Shown piece by piece: positions 1-12,537 of a stretch of DNA of 64,000 bases. The first letter of the stretch is position 1, and every line of letters begins with the position of its first letter. The position numbers and the translations under genes were made by a program. The DNA is from Auanema rhodensis (Eukaryota > Animalia > Nematoda), in NCBI GenBank assembly GCA_964057225.1, contig OZ059895.1:7564001-7628000 (forward strand), read 5' to 3'. Under the pieces are notes generated by a model, which saw nothing but the letters and a program-made list of their open reading frames with translations, ran no database searches and was not told where the DNA came from.

Positions 1-1929
1 AAATATTCAATCATTTAGCTATTTATAGGAAACATTTTCTCGACAAGGAAAGCTTTTCTGGTTAGATATTTCTAACAATAAAATCAGTGGTTTCGCTAAA
101 GACACATTTACCAAAAAGATTGCAAATATTCTTCTCGATGGTTCGTTTTGGTTAGTTTTCGTATTATGAATCAAAAATTTAGGAAATCAACTTGTGTGTG
201 ATGAAGCTTTTGATTGGTTTGTTCAATATCTCGTTAATTATCATGTCAGAACATTCTTACCGTTCCAACCGGAAATTTCATGTGTTGGACCAGCAAAGTA
301 TGCTGGAGTCAGGTTAGTTGCTCTCCATATTTGCTTGTTCTCATGACTACTGTTACAGACTGAAGGACCTTATGATGAAGAAAGCAAATGATACTATCAA
401 TGAAGGAATGAAGACTCTTGGCTTTAATGGCCCCAATAATCAGAGATCATTAATTTCTTCATTTATTCCTGGATTGAATGGATTACAAGGAGCTGTCGGA
501 TCTGGAGGATCATTTAGCAACATGGCATCTGGCATTCCTGTCTTAGGAACTTTGACTCAAGCTATACCTTCCCTCAGAAATTTCCCTGGAATGAATCTGC
601 CTTCTGCTGGCTCCGCTAATGTTCCAAGTAACCGCAAGCTTAATAGCGCTATTGAACAGGCAAGATTATTACATTTGGACAGGTTGAAGATATTTATTTT
701 AGTTTACTGCTCCATTAGTTCGTTTTGCCACTGGTGGACAACCTGTAGCTAGTGATATTGAGCAACTAATTCAATCTATTCCTAATTTCGTTGTTAATGT
801 TCCTGGGCTCGGAGATGTTGATATTAGACAGGTAATTTCGTGTGCAAAATTCTAGTTTTAATAATTGGTGTTAAGCTTGATCCTAACTTGGTTGCCCATG
901 TCTTGCGCGGTGGACAAATTCCTGGAATCCCCAAAGAAACTCTGGACGGTATCATTCAGCAATATATGCTAAAGATGCACGAGGCTGCTGCTGCTGCTAA
1001 CTCTGGAAAACTTAGAGATTCTCAAGCTAAGGTTATTAAAGACTTCAATTATATATAAAACCCTTCCATGTTTCAGTTTTTGCCTCCAGTGAATACTCTT
1101 CCTCAAGAGCTAGTAACTAGTGTAATGGAAGGCGAACCGCTACCTGGCTTAAATCATGAACAAACTAAAGCTATTTCGGTACTGTGTTTTTTTCAGAGAT
1201 TAATTTGAATGACTAATTTCAGGAATACTATACTAAAACCATTGCGGTAGAATCAGGACAAGTTGGACCTGCAGGAACTAAGAATGTATTCTCTCTTACA
1301 CCTGCAACACTAGAGATGTTGAAAATGCTACCACCTGGATACAATATTTCTAAGATCCCAACTGAAATAATTCAATCTATTAGTCGTGGAGAAGTTCCTG
1401 ACCTTACTAAATTGCCTAAAGATTTGTTGGACCACTTCAAGACTAATACCGATAAGATGGCTGTCTTGTTCACCAAGGCTACTGTTGTAAGTTATTGATT
1501 TCTAATATTGTGTTATTCAACTTATTTAGGCTAATGCATCGATCGAAGATATCTTATCCAAACTTCCTAAGTTTGAGAAGCCCGTCTTAGCTACCTTCTC
1601 TCCTTATGATATTAACCAAATCTCGAGCGAAATGATTCACGAGGAAGAAGAAGCTTTGAAAGCTGCCAAGATTAGACTGTATACAGCTATTGCTCTCGGA
1701 TTAGTTGGAGCTTTAACAATAGTGGTTCTTGCTTTCTTCGTCGTTTACTTGAAACGTCAACGCAAATTGAAGAACGGGTATAATATAATTGTTTCAATAA
1801 TTCTTTCTAAATTTTTTCTTCAGTGGACAAACATTTACTGGAACCCCTCAATTGACAACCATTCCTGGAGCGCCATTGGCTAATTCAACAATGCGTGATG
1901 CTGTAACAGTTCACCTTCGTCAAGAGTAG
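1..1929 (+). CDS. egg-6: Extracellular LRR single-pass membrane protein, EGG-6 ortholog (3' part, multi-exon, 5' end outside window)
   Basis: Spliced translation gives the LRRCT CDEAFDWFVQYLVNYHVRTFLPFQPEISCVGP, then FTAPLVRFATGGQPVASDIEQLIQSIPNFVVNVPG, MLKMLPPGYNISKIP and a TM segment IRLYTAIALGLVGALTIVVLAFFVVYLKRQRK. These match C. elegans EGG-6 as recalled. Stop TAG at 1927-1929. Confidence 0.9.
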
Positions 1930-2560
1930 ATATCTTTGCCTCTTAGAGACTCTTTTAAATCCTTGCAGCCATTCCTAGAGCTTTAGCTTATTTTCACTGA
2001 CATTTGCATTTTTTTCTTTCCTTTTTTACCGGTTTTTCCACCTCAGACTCAGAGTTGTCCGGTGTCTTTCGTATTCGACAACTATTTCCTATTGGTACTA
2101 ATATAACCCCTAGAGAAAAGATAAAACAAAGATGTTCTGATTTAATTTTTTATTAGCCAAATAAGCTTCATTTCATTCACCAATTACTGGTAGCTAACTC
2201 AGAATTTTTTTAAGCATTCACATATATGAAAAACTAGTTCTTGTTTCAAATTTTTGCATTTAAACGGGTGATCTTTTAGTTTTTCGAGTGCTCTGTTGCT
2301 CATTTTTTGTGCTATTAAGCTTTTTTTTCAAATTTTTACTGTAAATAAAGAAATGTATTTTTCCTATTTTTTTTGTAATTGCTATATGATTAGTACGAAA
2401 AGTTACTAGATTATACACATTATAGTGTTTTCTCTGAGATCATTGCTTTTTTTTCACTATTAAACAAGAAATAATACAATGTTATAGATAATCACGGCTA
2501 TATCGTAAGGTAAAAGCTTGAACAATATAGCTTGTCGAATGAAACTAGTCGTGAAGCCAT

Positions 2561-2593
2561 TGACCTAGTCCGAGATGCCGATCGCATATAAAA
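2561..2593 (+). promoter_or_regulatory. Candidate nuclear-receptor half site (TGACCTAG) plus TATA box upstream of the cuticlin gene
   Basis: TGACCTAGT at 2561 and TATAAAA at 2587-2593, about 100 nt before the ATG at 2685. Confidence 0.3.
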
Positions 2594-2684
2594 TCCAAGA
2601 CGAAGATCATCGTCATTTGCATAGACTTCTCCTGATATTCCATCCAGATAGAAAGTATCATTTCATAAGTTAAAAATTAACCTA

Positions 2685-5034
2685 ATGATTCTCATATTCT
2701 GCTGTTATTCTGTATTAGTTTATGTGAGTTTTGTGTTCAATCCTTTTTAGGATGCAATGAGAAAGCTCATTTATTTTTCTCTCAGGTATTATCTAATTCT
2801 ATTGTGCTAGCATTGGATCATGATAATAATTTGGTTGCCAAACCAGAAGTACAATGTGGAGTAGATAACATTATTGTCTCTATGAACACACTACTCCCAT
2901 TTAAAGGTTTTGAAACCAAATAATCATTAGAAATTCTTTGAAATTCTTTCAACAGGTCGGTTGTATGTTGATGGTGAATCTGAAAAAGAAAATTGTGTCC
3001 GTCATACGGAAGTGGGATCGAAAAATTTGAAGTTTGATATATCAATTGGTGAATGCAATATGCGACGACAAAGAACGGTATATATATTTAGAATTTTGAT
3101 CAACAATCAGATAAATAAGTTTAGTTGCATCCCAGAGGTATCGCTTTCTCTTTCACTTTAATTGTGTCGTTTCATCCCGTAAGTTAGAGTCAAAAACAAT
3201 GATTTTCTTAATCTTAATTTCATTGCAGTTCTTTGTTACTGGACAAGATAAAGCGTTCAATATTCGTTGTTTCTTCCTTGAATCTGTTAAAAATTTGAAT
3301 ACAGGATTGGAAGTTGGGTAAGTTGAATATTCAGTATATTATTTGTATCATAATTTAGAATTCTGACGACAGAAGTTGTTGAACAAGATGTTCCCTTGCC
3401 CATGTGTACATATCAATTACGAGGAGGGGATAATGGCGAAAAGATAAATTTTGCTCAAGTTGGTCAAAAAGTAACTCATGTTTGGCATTGTGATGAAGGT
3501 ATATTAAATTCATTTAATTCAAATTATATTGCCGTTCGGAGCAGTAATGATACATTTCAAAAAGACTACTGGCTTCTTATCAATTGTCTTAAACGCTTTC
3601 AGAAGTTAGTCATGTCTATGGAATTCTAATTCACAGTTGCTATGCTGATGATGGGCGCGGTAACAAATTTCAATTAGTTGATGATCAAGGGTAAGAAAAC
3701 TTTTTTTTTCAATTAATTAATATTGAATATCATGCTTGCAGCTGTACTACTGATCCAGCACTTTTACCCCAAATAGAGTATGAATCTGAATCAATTACTG
3801 CTGTTACTCATGCTAACGTCTTTAAATATGCTGATAAAGTAAAACCAAAAACTTTATGATTACACTAAGATAGTTTAGGTTCAATTATATTTTACTTGCA
3901 CTGTGCAGTTATGCTATAGACATGATGGAGGATGTGAAGGGGTTACGGTATTATAGTCTTATGTTTTTTTATTTTTATGATTTTTTGCTTGCAGCCACCT
4001 GTGTGTTCACATCATTCAAATGGCCCTCCAGTGCAGAAATTTGAAAATCAACTAGATAATATCGAAACACATCCTGAAAACCACGATCCTTCTGACAAAC
4101 AAAATATTCCTTTATCTCCACCTCAAAAGCATTGTGAGTTTTTCAAAGTAAAAATTAATTTAATATATTTTGCTACCAGCTACCTTGAGGGAGGATGAGG
4201 CGGTAATGAGTCCAAAGCCTGTTATTCTTCCAAGTCCCAATGAAATGTCAAGACATTTTATAGGAAGCTTGCCAAAAGAAATACAACTGAAAGGTATAAT
4301 CAACACTTTAATTCAAATATCAAATATTCAGCTCATAATTCCATGGAGTTTTTCAATAATATACAGAAGCAATCACCACGACCACCTAATCACTCTCGTG
4401 AAATATCTAATCGCGATATCCACATGTCCAAGTTTGTATACCACCAAATTTTACTTATTTAATTTGTTTCGAGATTACCCTACAAAGACAGTCCGCTGAA
4501 TGAAACTGAAATTGAAGATATTCCTACACAAGATGAAAGTGAAATTCTTATAACAAGCATTCATATTTATATTTGAAAATTACAGATACAACAGGGAAAA
4601 GCATGAAGAGACCGTTACTTTTGCCTAAGAACGTTGGTCAAGTTTCCAATGTACGATTAATATATTCTAAACTAATATCTTATCCACATTTTAAGAACGA
4701 TAATTCAGTCGGCGTTAAACAGCGAAGACATCTAAAAAATATGGAAGCTGATGTAAGCGTAGAAATGTTAGTACTGCCTCCTGAAATAGAAAGCAAGAAA
4801 GGTTCACTGAAGAATTTTGATGTCCCAGTTAAATGTAATATTGTAGAAACAACGAATGGATCGCAGTTCAATATAAAATCTAACAATAATGTTTGTCTCT
4901 CCAAACTATCAACTTTACTTATTGGAGCTGCCTTACTCATTTTAATAGCTTTTACTATGATGATAAGTCTATTCATAATTCATAGACAGAGAAACATGTT
5001 AAAAAAAATCCATCATTTGAATGCTTTTAATTGA
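2685..5034 (+). CDS. Cuticlin-like ZP-domain protein (CUT-1/CUTL family), multi-exon
   Basis: Signal peptide, then PEVQCGVDNIIVSMNT..FKGRLYVDG..CNMRRQRT..IVSFHPFFVTGQDKAFNIRCFF..MCTYQL..VGQKVTHVWHCD..YGILIHSCYADDG..FKYADKVQLYFTCTVQLC. A basic cleavage-like site (KQRRH) and a C-terminal TM helix follow. Confidence 0.9.
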
Positions 5035-5367
5035 ACATTTACGAAGACTTTCAACCAACATTATCGAATTAATCCGAACAACTTGCACTCTTTTTACACT
5101 CGTCAATATATATTTCCTGTCGTATAATATCTAGATTTTTATTAAATTTTCATGATTTCCAGAAACATTTTTTGAATTATAAAATTATTTTATTATAATG
5201 TATTAGTATGAATATATTAGCCCAGTTTTTATTCCTTATTATGTTGTATTTTTTAAAGATAACTTATATGTAGCTAATTTATGAATTTATCTAATCTGCA
5301 GGATTGCATCAATGAATCTTAAACTTTCATCTTAACTTTTTAATGAATATTTCTTTTGTAGAACATC

Positions 5368-7124
5368 ATGGCAGAATTTGATTTAACGCAGAAGATGGTA
5401 CCTTTCTTCGATCTTCATTTGGTGATTCCTCTTCTGGAGTTCGTAGAACCTAGAAAAGTAGGATAGCTTTAAAAGCAGAGTTACGGTTCATAACATTTAG
5501 ATTTATGATGAGAAGTCTTTTATCGAAGTTCATAGAAGAGTTTTGAGAAAGACTAATATGATCGATAGCCTTATTGAAACCTATCCTGATGGCCAAATTC
5601 CCAAAGATCTTCAAGAGCGTAAAGCTGAAATTTTGAAGGAGAGAGATGCTTTCAAAGCTAAGGTAAGTGTTGCTGAAAAATTAATGATATCAAGTTTACA
5701 AAATTATTTTCTTCCTAGGTTGATCCAATTGTTGAAATTTTGGAACGCGAGGATGTAAAAGAACTTATGGAAAACACTCGTGAAAGAGATGGAAATAGCA
5801 AAATTCTTGATTTTCTTCAGCAAAACCATGAAGTATTGTTTCAGATGCCATATTTTAAGACTATATTATGTTTAGTTTACCGTTGATATGGTAGATACTC
5901 TCTTCAAATATGCCAAGTTCATGTACGAATGTGGAAACTACACTGCTGCCTCGGTAAATTAAAATTAGTAAAATTATTTTAACAATGCTTTCAGGTGTGT
6001 CTATATTACTATCGTAATCTCATCCCTCACACTGATAATAATTATCTCAATGCCTTATATGGAAAGCTTGCTAGTGAAATTCTTGTCCAGGTAATACAGT
6101 GTCAAAGAGCAATAGGATTTGTGCATTTTCTCTAGGAATGGGACCATGCACGGGACGATTTGGTCAAGCTTCGCGCTTACATCGACTCGAATCCTTTTGA
6201 TACTGAATGGGAACTTGTTCAGCAGCGTGCTTGGCTTATGCATTGGGCTTTGTTCGTATATTTTAATTATCCCAAGGGACGTGATGAGATTATTGAGATG
6301 TTCCTTAATCAACAAAACTATTTAAATACAATTCAAGTATAATGTTCTTAGTTTTTTTATATGAGCTTTGATATATTTAGGCTGTTAGTCCTCACCTTCT
6401 CCGCTATCTTGCTGTAGCTGTTGTTACTAGTAAAAATAAACAGAAAAACAGCCTCAAAGATCTCATCAAGGTTATTGATATCGTAAGTTGTTCTGTTTTA
6501 GTTCGGATTAAATGCTAACCCATTATCCAGGAACGTCATAACTATCAAGATCCAGTGACTGACTTCCTTACCTGTCTATACATCAAGTATGATTTTGATC
6601 AAGCTCAAGAAAAACTTCGTGAGTGTGAAGAAGTAAGTTGACCGTGTGTGGACTTAATTAAATTTATTTTTAAAGGTGTTATCTAACGATTTCTTCCTTA
6701 CTGCCTGTCTTCCTGATTTCCGTGAATCTGCCCGACTTCTTATTTTTGAGATGTTCTGCAGAATTCATCAGTGTATCAGTATTGAAATGCTGGCAAGAAG
6801 ATTGAATATGACTCAGGTGTAATGGAACTATTCTGATTTAATTATACATGTCTTTTGTAGGCCGAAGCTGAAAGGTGGATCGTAGATTTGATTCGTAACT
6901 ACCGCATTGAAGGAGCCAAGATTGATAGTAAATTAGGACAAGTAGTTATGGGCGTCAAAGCAGTAAGCATTCATGAACAGGTATATTTTTTTAGTTTACT
7001 TTTAAAAATGACAGAAATAAATGCTTAGGTGATGGAGAATACGAAACGTCTCACTCTCAGAACCCACACCATTGGATTGCAGTTAGAGAAGGCTCGAAAT
7101 GATCGAGGAAAAACTACGATCTAA
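5368..7124 (+). CDS. eif-3.E: Translation initiation factor 3 subunit E (INT6), multi-exon
   Basis: [89 protein letters not shown]. Acceptor ttttgtag lies just before the ATG. Confidence 0.96.
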
Positions 7125-7487
7125 ATGATATTGCGGATTCTTTTTTCTGTTTTTGTTTTAATTTGTTGGGCTGATACGCTTGTTTTCGTAATTTTTCTCT
7201 CTTTCGGACATCTGAAAAAATAAAATTCTAATCTTAATTACTGCTGATACCTTGTTGTTGATTGTTAGTTCCTACTATTATACTAAATGTATTTTCTTGT
7301 TGGAATATGAAGGTTTGTAAAAGATCGTTGAATTATAAGAAGATATGGTTTCTTTCCTGTCACATATGTATATATCATATATAATACATGAGAATAGCTC
7401 AACTTGAAAACTTATGTTTATTTTTAATGATTTAGAACTTTTTTCTAGTTTAAAAATAGAATAATTTGTGTTTTCACTTACAAAATA

Positions 7488-10400
7488 ATGACTTCATTAC
7501 GGGTAAATTAGTAGTTTTTTAACAATTTTATGAACAATTCTTTAGTTTATTCCTAAAACTGCGTATAATGTAGCTCTGGATGATTTAACTATGGCATCCA
7601 TTTTTGGAGATGACATTGAAGGAAATCAAATAACTAATGTACTTGCTCTTGAAGCTAAGCCGTTCGCTCTGATTGTTTTCGGGGAAAAATTAATGACGCG
7701 TGTAAGTAAATTTTGAAAGCTTTAGCTTTGTGGATGAAGTTCCTCTTTTAGATAAAAAATTTGCCTATTTATAAAAACATTATCAAATTATGTAAACAAT
7801 TTTTGAAATTTATAAAGTGCCAGAAGATTTCACTACGGTTTGAGTGGAAAATATTTGTTCAAATGTTATCTATTTCAGTGACGTACGATCATATCCTGCT
7901 GCTAAATCAAAAGAGAATTTTACGTTTGTTTTTCTTTCATTCTTTTGCAAAAAAGAATTTTTTATGAAGAAAGGGGATAGTAACTGAGAAATGTTTCAAT
8001 AATGTTGTAGCCTATACATATTCAAACTTATCAGCGTGGATGCAACCTTCTCAGCCGAATGTGAGTCATTTTTCCTAAAGCTTATTCAAACGATATTTCA
8101 GCTTTTTTGTAAAGCCATTTATGATAGATTGCTTAAATGGCAACCAGGGTATAGTTTCGTTGATTGTTCATTTCTACAGCATACTGAGCTTTTTGGTAAG
8201 AACTAGTTCACATGTAGCACGAGTAAAATTCAATATTAAGATTATTTCACAAGGTATTACCTGGATGATTGGGGTAAAATGGATATTACAACGAAATCTG
8301 AACTTATAAGTGCAATAGCTACGAATACATTTCGATTTAATGTTTGGTTTGTTCTAATGTCCTTGAGGTATTCGAGTTGGGACTTCTGAAAGAGCTTTGA
8401 CTTTTTTAGAAATGAGTTTTCCCTAGTATATGATACGTCAACTAAATTAGTACATTTCGGAAAACTGAAAACCAAAGTAGTTTTTCAATTTTCTGGAATA
8501 TTAACATATGTTCTTTTAGAAACTAATTTTGGCTGAAGAAAATAAAATAAAAAAGAAGCATTGCGAGTTGGCTATAGCTCAGTAAGCATGAGACTTAAAT
8601 TTAAGTTTTTGTTTCATTTTTTTCAGAATGTTGGAAAGTATTTCTCAAAACATTGAGGTTAGCAATTCATATGATCTTACACGCGGATTCATTTTAAATA
8701 ACTCTGGTATGAATTATCATGAAGTAATCAATACTAACGTTCTTTGATATTATTCAAATTTCTTATAGACGTTAAATTCACTTCAAGAACGCTTAACAAT
8801 GATCGTTGGTCCGTGCACTAGTATGATTTTCAATGTGTGGCACGTTAATTTTCCAAAATTCCAATGTATTTATAGAGACGTCCAATCTCATCTAAGCTGT
8901 GGGAAATCGTTAGGATTTTCAAAACTATAAAGGAATATCCTTTCCATTTGTTCGTTTTACTATCTATATGGTCCCTATGTTCAGTATACGCAATTTCAGG
9001 TCTGAATTTCTTTTTCCACCTTCACAAGATAAGGAATCATGCATGTGAGCTAAATCTCTTCAATATCTGAAACTTTAAGAATTTCAGAAGAAATTTCCTT
9101 TCTACTTCTGATTTGGAAAGACTGATTGTGAAATTCTTTAGGAAGAAATCTCTTCGGTTTTTTACCCCAAAAAAGAAGAGCGTATTTTATTGTTATAATT
9201 TCTGATATATATTCTCATATTTCAGGTTTTTATATTAGCTAAGAAAATAGCATTGAGATTCAATACTTGGAAATTATCAGAAGATTTTGTGGATGACACG
9301 TTGGAGAGTAGCTTTATTTATTTCGGTAAAGATGAACTTTATAACCGTATGCAGTAGTTTTCCATTTTCATGCAGGTTCCATCTTCAAATGTATACCTAA
9401 AGAACAACAGAAAAGCATTTATATGCATTCGGTTGCTTTTCATACATTCCGTTTCATGATCTATGTATTGCTAGTTACACTTCGGTAATGTTTTCATATC
9501 TCCATCTTATGCTTTTTGATATTCAAGCTCGATGTATACGACTGTTATTGGATCGAACAACACGGTCAGGTTCATTGCTGCTGGCCATTTTCCGGTATAT
9601 TCTTTACGTTGTTCTGTTGATTTTTTGTTTTTTTTTACAGAAAGTAATAGATGAAAGAGAATTACTTTCAACGGAAGTGTAAGTTTTTCTTTGATATATC
9701 TTTCTTTAAACTATCTTTTAAAGACCAAATAAAGAAACTATCGTTTCGAAACAAATTGAAAACGGAGAAGAAGATGGCAAATTAAAAAGAAAGAGAACGC
9801 GAAGCAAGTGCATTACCATGTAGGGGGTACTTCTAATTTTTTCTTTTTAAAATTGTGTTTCAGTCTTGATTCCCCGGAACCGGCTGCTAAAACCTCGAAG
9901 TTGGAACCAGCTCTTCCTTTATCGTATGTCATTTTGTTTTGAAGTAGAATGATAACGAATTTTTAAATATTTCAGAGTTAAACAAGAAGTGAATACTCAT
10001 AAATTTGATCTTAAAAAGGTTGGTGAATTATAATCTGTGTATCAAAATTATCTCTTTTAAGGTGAAACAAGAGAAAACAGACAAAACTCTTGCAACATCT
10101 GCACCTGTAACTAACCCTACTACCACTAATGCTGTAGATCTTTCTCGAGTTAAAAAGGAATCCATTAAATCAAGCTTCACAGCTGCTCCTTCTATAAATT
10201 CTGATGTATTTTTCGTTTTATATGCGATTTATAAAATTCTAATACATTTGTTTAGATTCCTGATGATAGATCTGACAAGAGTGAGGATATTACACGAGAT
10301 GTTGTAGATTTCAAACGTTTCAAAGCTGATATTGATGCTGATCCTAACATTCAAGCGGTGTATAAAACTATTTTTGGGTTTAATCTTATTTAATTTCACT

Positions 10401-10522
10401 TACTTTTCTATTATTGTTTCAGCTTAATCATTGACAATCGAGAAGCTCTTCGAACTCGTTATATAGATCTTCTGAAAGAAAATGCGAAATTAAAGGATAT
10501 TATACGGGCAATGGAAACTTAG
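7488..10522 (+). CDS. Orphan 'gene X' copy 1, ~24 exons, ~650 aa; possible degenerate ULP/SENP-like domain, NLS, SIM-like and psiKxE motifs, C-terminal coiled coil
   Basis: A continuous frame was rebuilt through GT-AG introns of about 40-65 nt, from MTSLR|FIPKTAYNVALDD to ...RYIDLLKENAKLKDIIRAMET*. The same exon structure is open in the paralog at 13223-16282. Confidence 0.75.
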
Positions 10523-10710
10523 TTGCCATAATTTACTGTTGTTGTTGTTGTTATTTTGTTTATTTTTTTTGTTTTGAAAGATACATTTATTTTCGTGGTT
10601 AGTTATATCAATAGTTTATATTGTTTTAATATTTCTGGTTTCGTTTCCTTATAATATTCAAATTCCGTTTTTCACTTTTGTTTTTTGATCAAAGTATTGA
10701 TTTCAGTAAT

Positions 10711-12537
10711 ATGCGGCGGATACATGAGGTAGTAACTAAGTCTGGAACATCTACAAGAGTTTTTAACTCTTTGAGATGCTCTTCATCATCTACAGAAACT
10801 ATTAATAGACCACCAAGTTACCGCAAGCCTCATCAACATCATAAGCCCAAGCATATGCTTCAAGAAGAATTTCCTGTAGAATTTTAGTATGTTTGAGTTT
10901 TCACATTTTTGATTTTAGAATGCTGGTGATGTTTCTGGAGCAGGGGTACGACTTTTTGACTATTATAAAACTGCTGATATGGTTAACCAACTTCCCACAA
11001 TTCAAGAGAAAATAGATTTTGTTAGTCCATATGAACGTCCTTGGACTCAAGCGGAAAAAACATGGCGCAGGTTTCTGCTAGATATTCAAGACAAATAATT
11101 AAGTTTTGATTCGCAGGGATTGGCATCCGTCTCTTATGTCTACCAGAAAGGCATGGGCCGTTCCGCAGGTCCCTTCATATTTCGATTGTTTGAAATTCTA
11201 TCAATATATCACAAAAACTAGAATTTGTGAAGAATCGTTAGATGAGCATTACAGAGATTTAGTTCCACCGACAGCTAGATTTGAGGTTTTTTTCTTTTTC
11301 AATATTTTGTAAAGAATGCTTATATAGGAAGCTATGATTGAGGCTCTTGGTCATATTATGAATTCTACTAGATTCGACAGTGAAGATGAACGAGTGAATT
11401 ATATAATTTCGACATTGATAGACGAAGGTCTGCAAAGTTTGGCTCATAATATGCCTCGTTTAGCCGATTATAGGGTTGCTCCCCTTTTTTGTAAATTTTA
11501 TAACTTTTATACTTTTAGTTGGCTTATGATGCCCAGAATGAATCATTCTGGATTAGATCTGGTTTTATGTTTCTTTACGATTTTCAAGAAATTGGAACTA
11601 GTAAAGTTATTCGTAAGCTTCATAATGCCCAAAAGTTCATAGGGGATGATAGGTTTTTTTTAAAGTTTTTTTTGTCTTTTTCATTATTCCAATTTACAGA
11701 AGGAAGCTGGGCGAATTAGCATTTGTTAGTAGAGATCAGTTCGCTGCACAAGTTCGATCAACTGAACAACCATCACCTTTATTCAGTCTTGAAAGTATAG
11801 AAAGCACCAGGGACTTGTTTTCCGACGATATAGACTTGAAAGAAGACGTTCTGTTCTCTCCTAAAGTTATGAATTTATGGCCCGATGCTGAACCGCTTTG
11901 GCAAAAACCTGGATATTTTGTCGAATCAGGAGAAACTCATTCTTACGGGCGCCTAGCAGGAAAATCGGTACATGCTATTAACGAACGGATGAGTATCTGG
12001 AATCCTGATGGTCCAGTTTCATAATTATAGACACATTACGTTTTGATTTTCTTTTAGAGGAAGAACGGTCTGCTATCTGGTTCGATTGCGCCAAAGCCCA
12101 AGCTGTATCTTCTCTCTTTACAACATTATGTGCTCAGGCTCATACTCATGGTATCTTAGACCTCTAATTCTACTGAATTATACTCTGAACTTTAGGATTT
12201 ACTCAATACACTGATGTAACGAGGCCATTCTCATCACAAATGATTCTATCCGATGGACAACAGTTTGTATTTGCTATTGGGCAACTAAATACGTTATCTA
12301 TCAATATCGATTGTGATGGTTAGAAACTCAGTTTAAAAGTTAATATTTTGTAATGTTTAAGGATTTGAAAATAATAGGACAAATTTCTGTCAAATAGAAA
12401 AGCCTTTGAACCTTTTTGATGCTTATGTTGATGGAAAGTTCTACTATCAGAAACAGGATGGTGAAAAGACTGAACTAGTTCCTGGATTAAATCGCCAGGT
12501 TCTATCACGAACATTGCAAATGATTATGAAGGACTAA
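10711..12537 (+). CDS. mrps-30: Mitochondrial ribosomal protein S30 (mL65), multi-exon
   Basis: SPYERPWTQAEKTWRRDWHPSLMSTRKAW, FYQYITKTRI, LVPPTARFE, AQNESFWIRSGFMFLYD, QAHTHGFTQYTDVTRPF. TTTCAG acceptor at 10701-10706. Confidence 0.92.
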
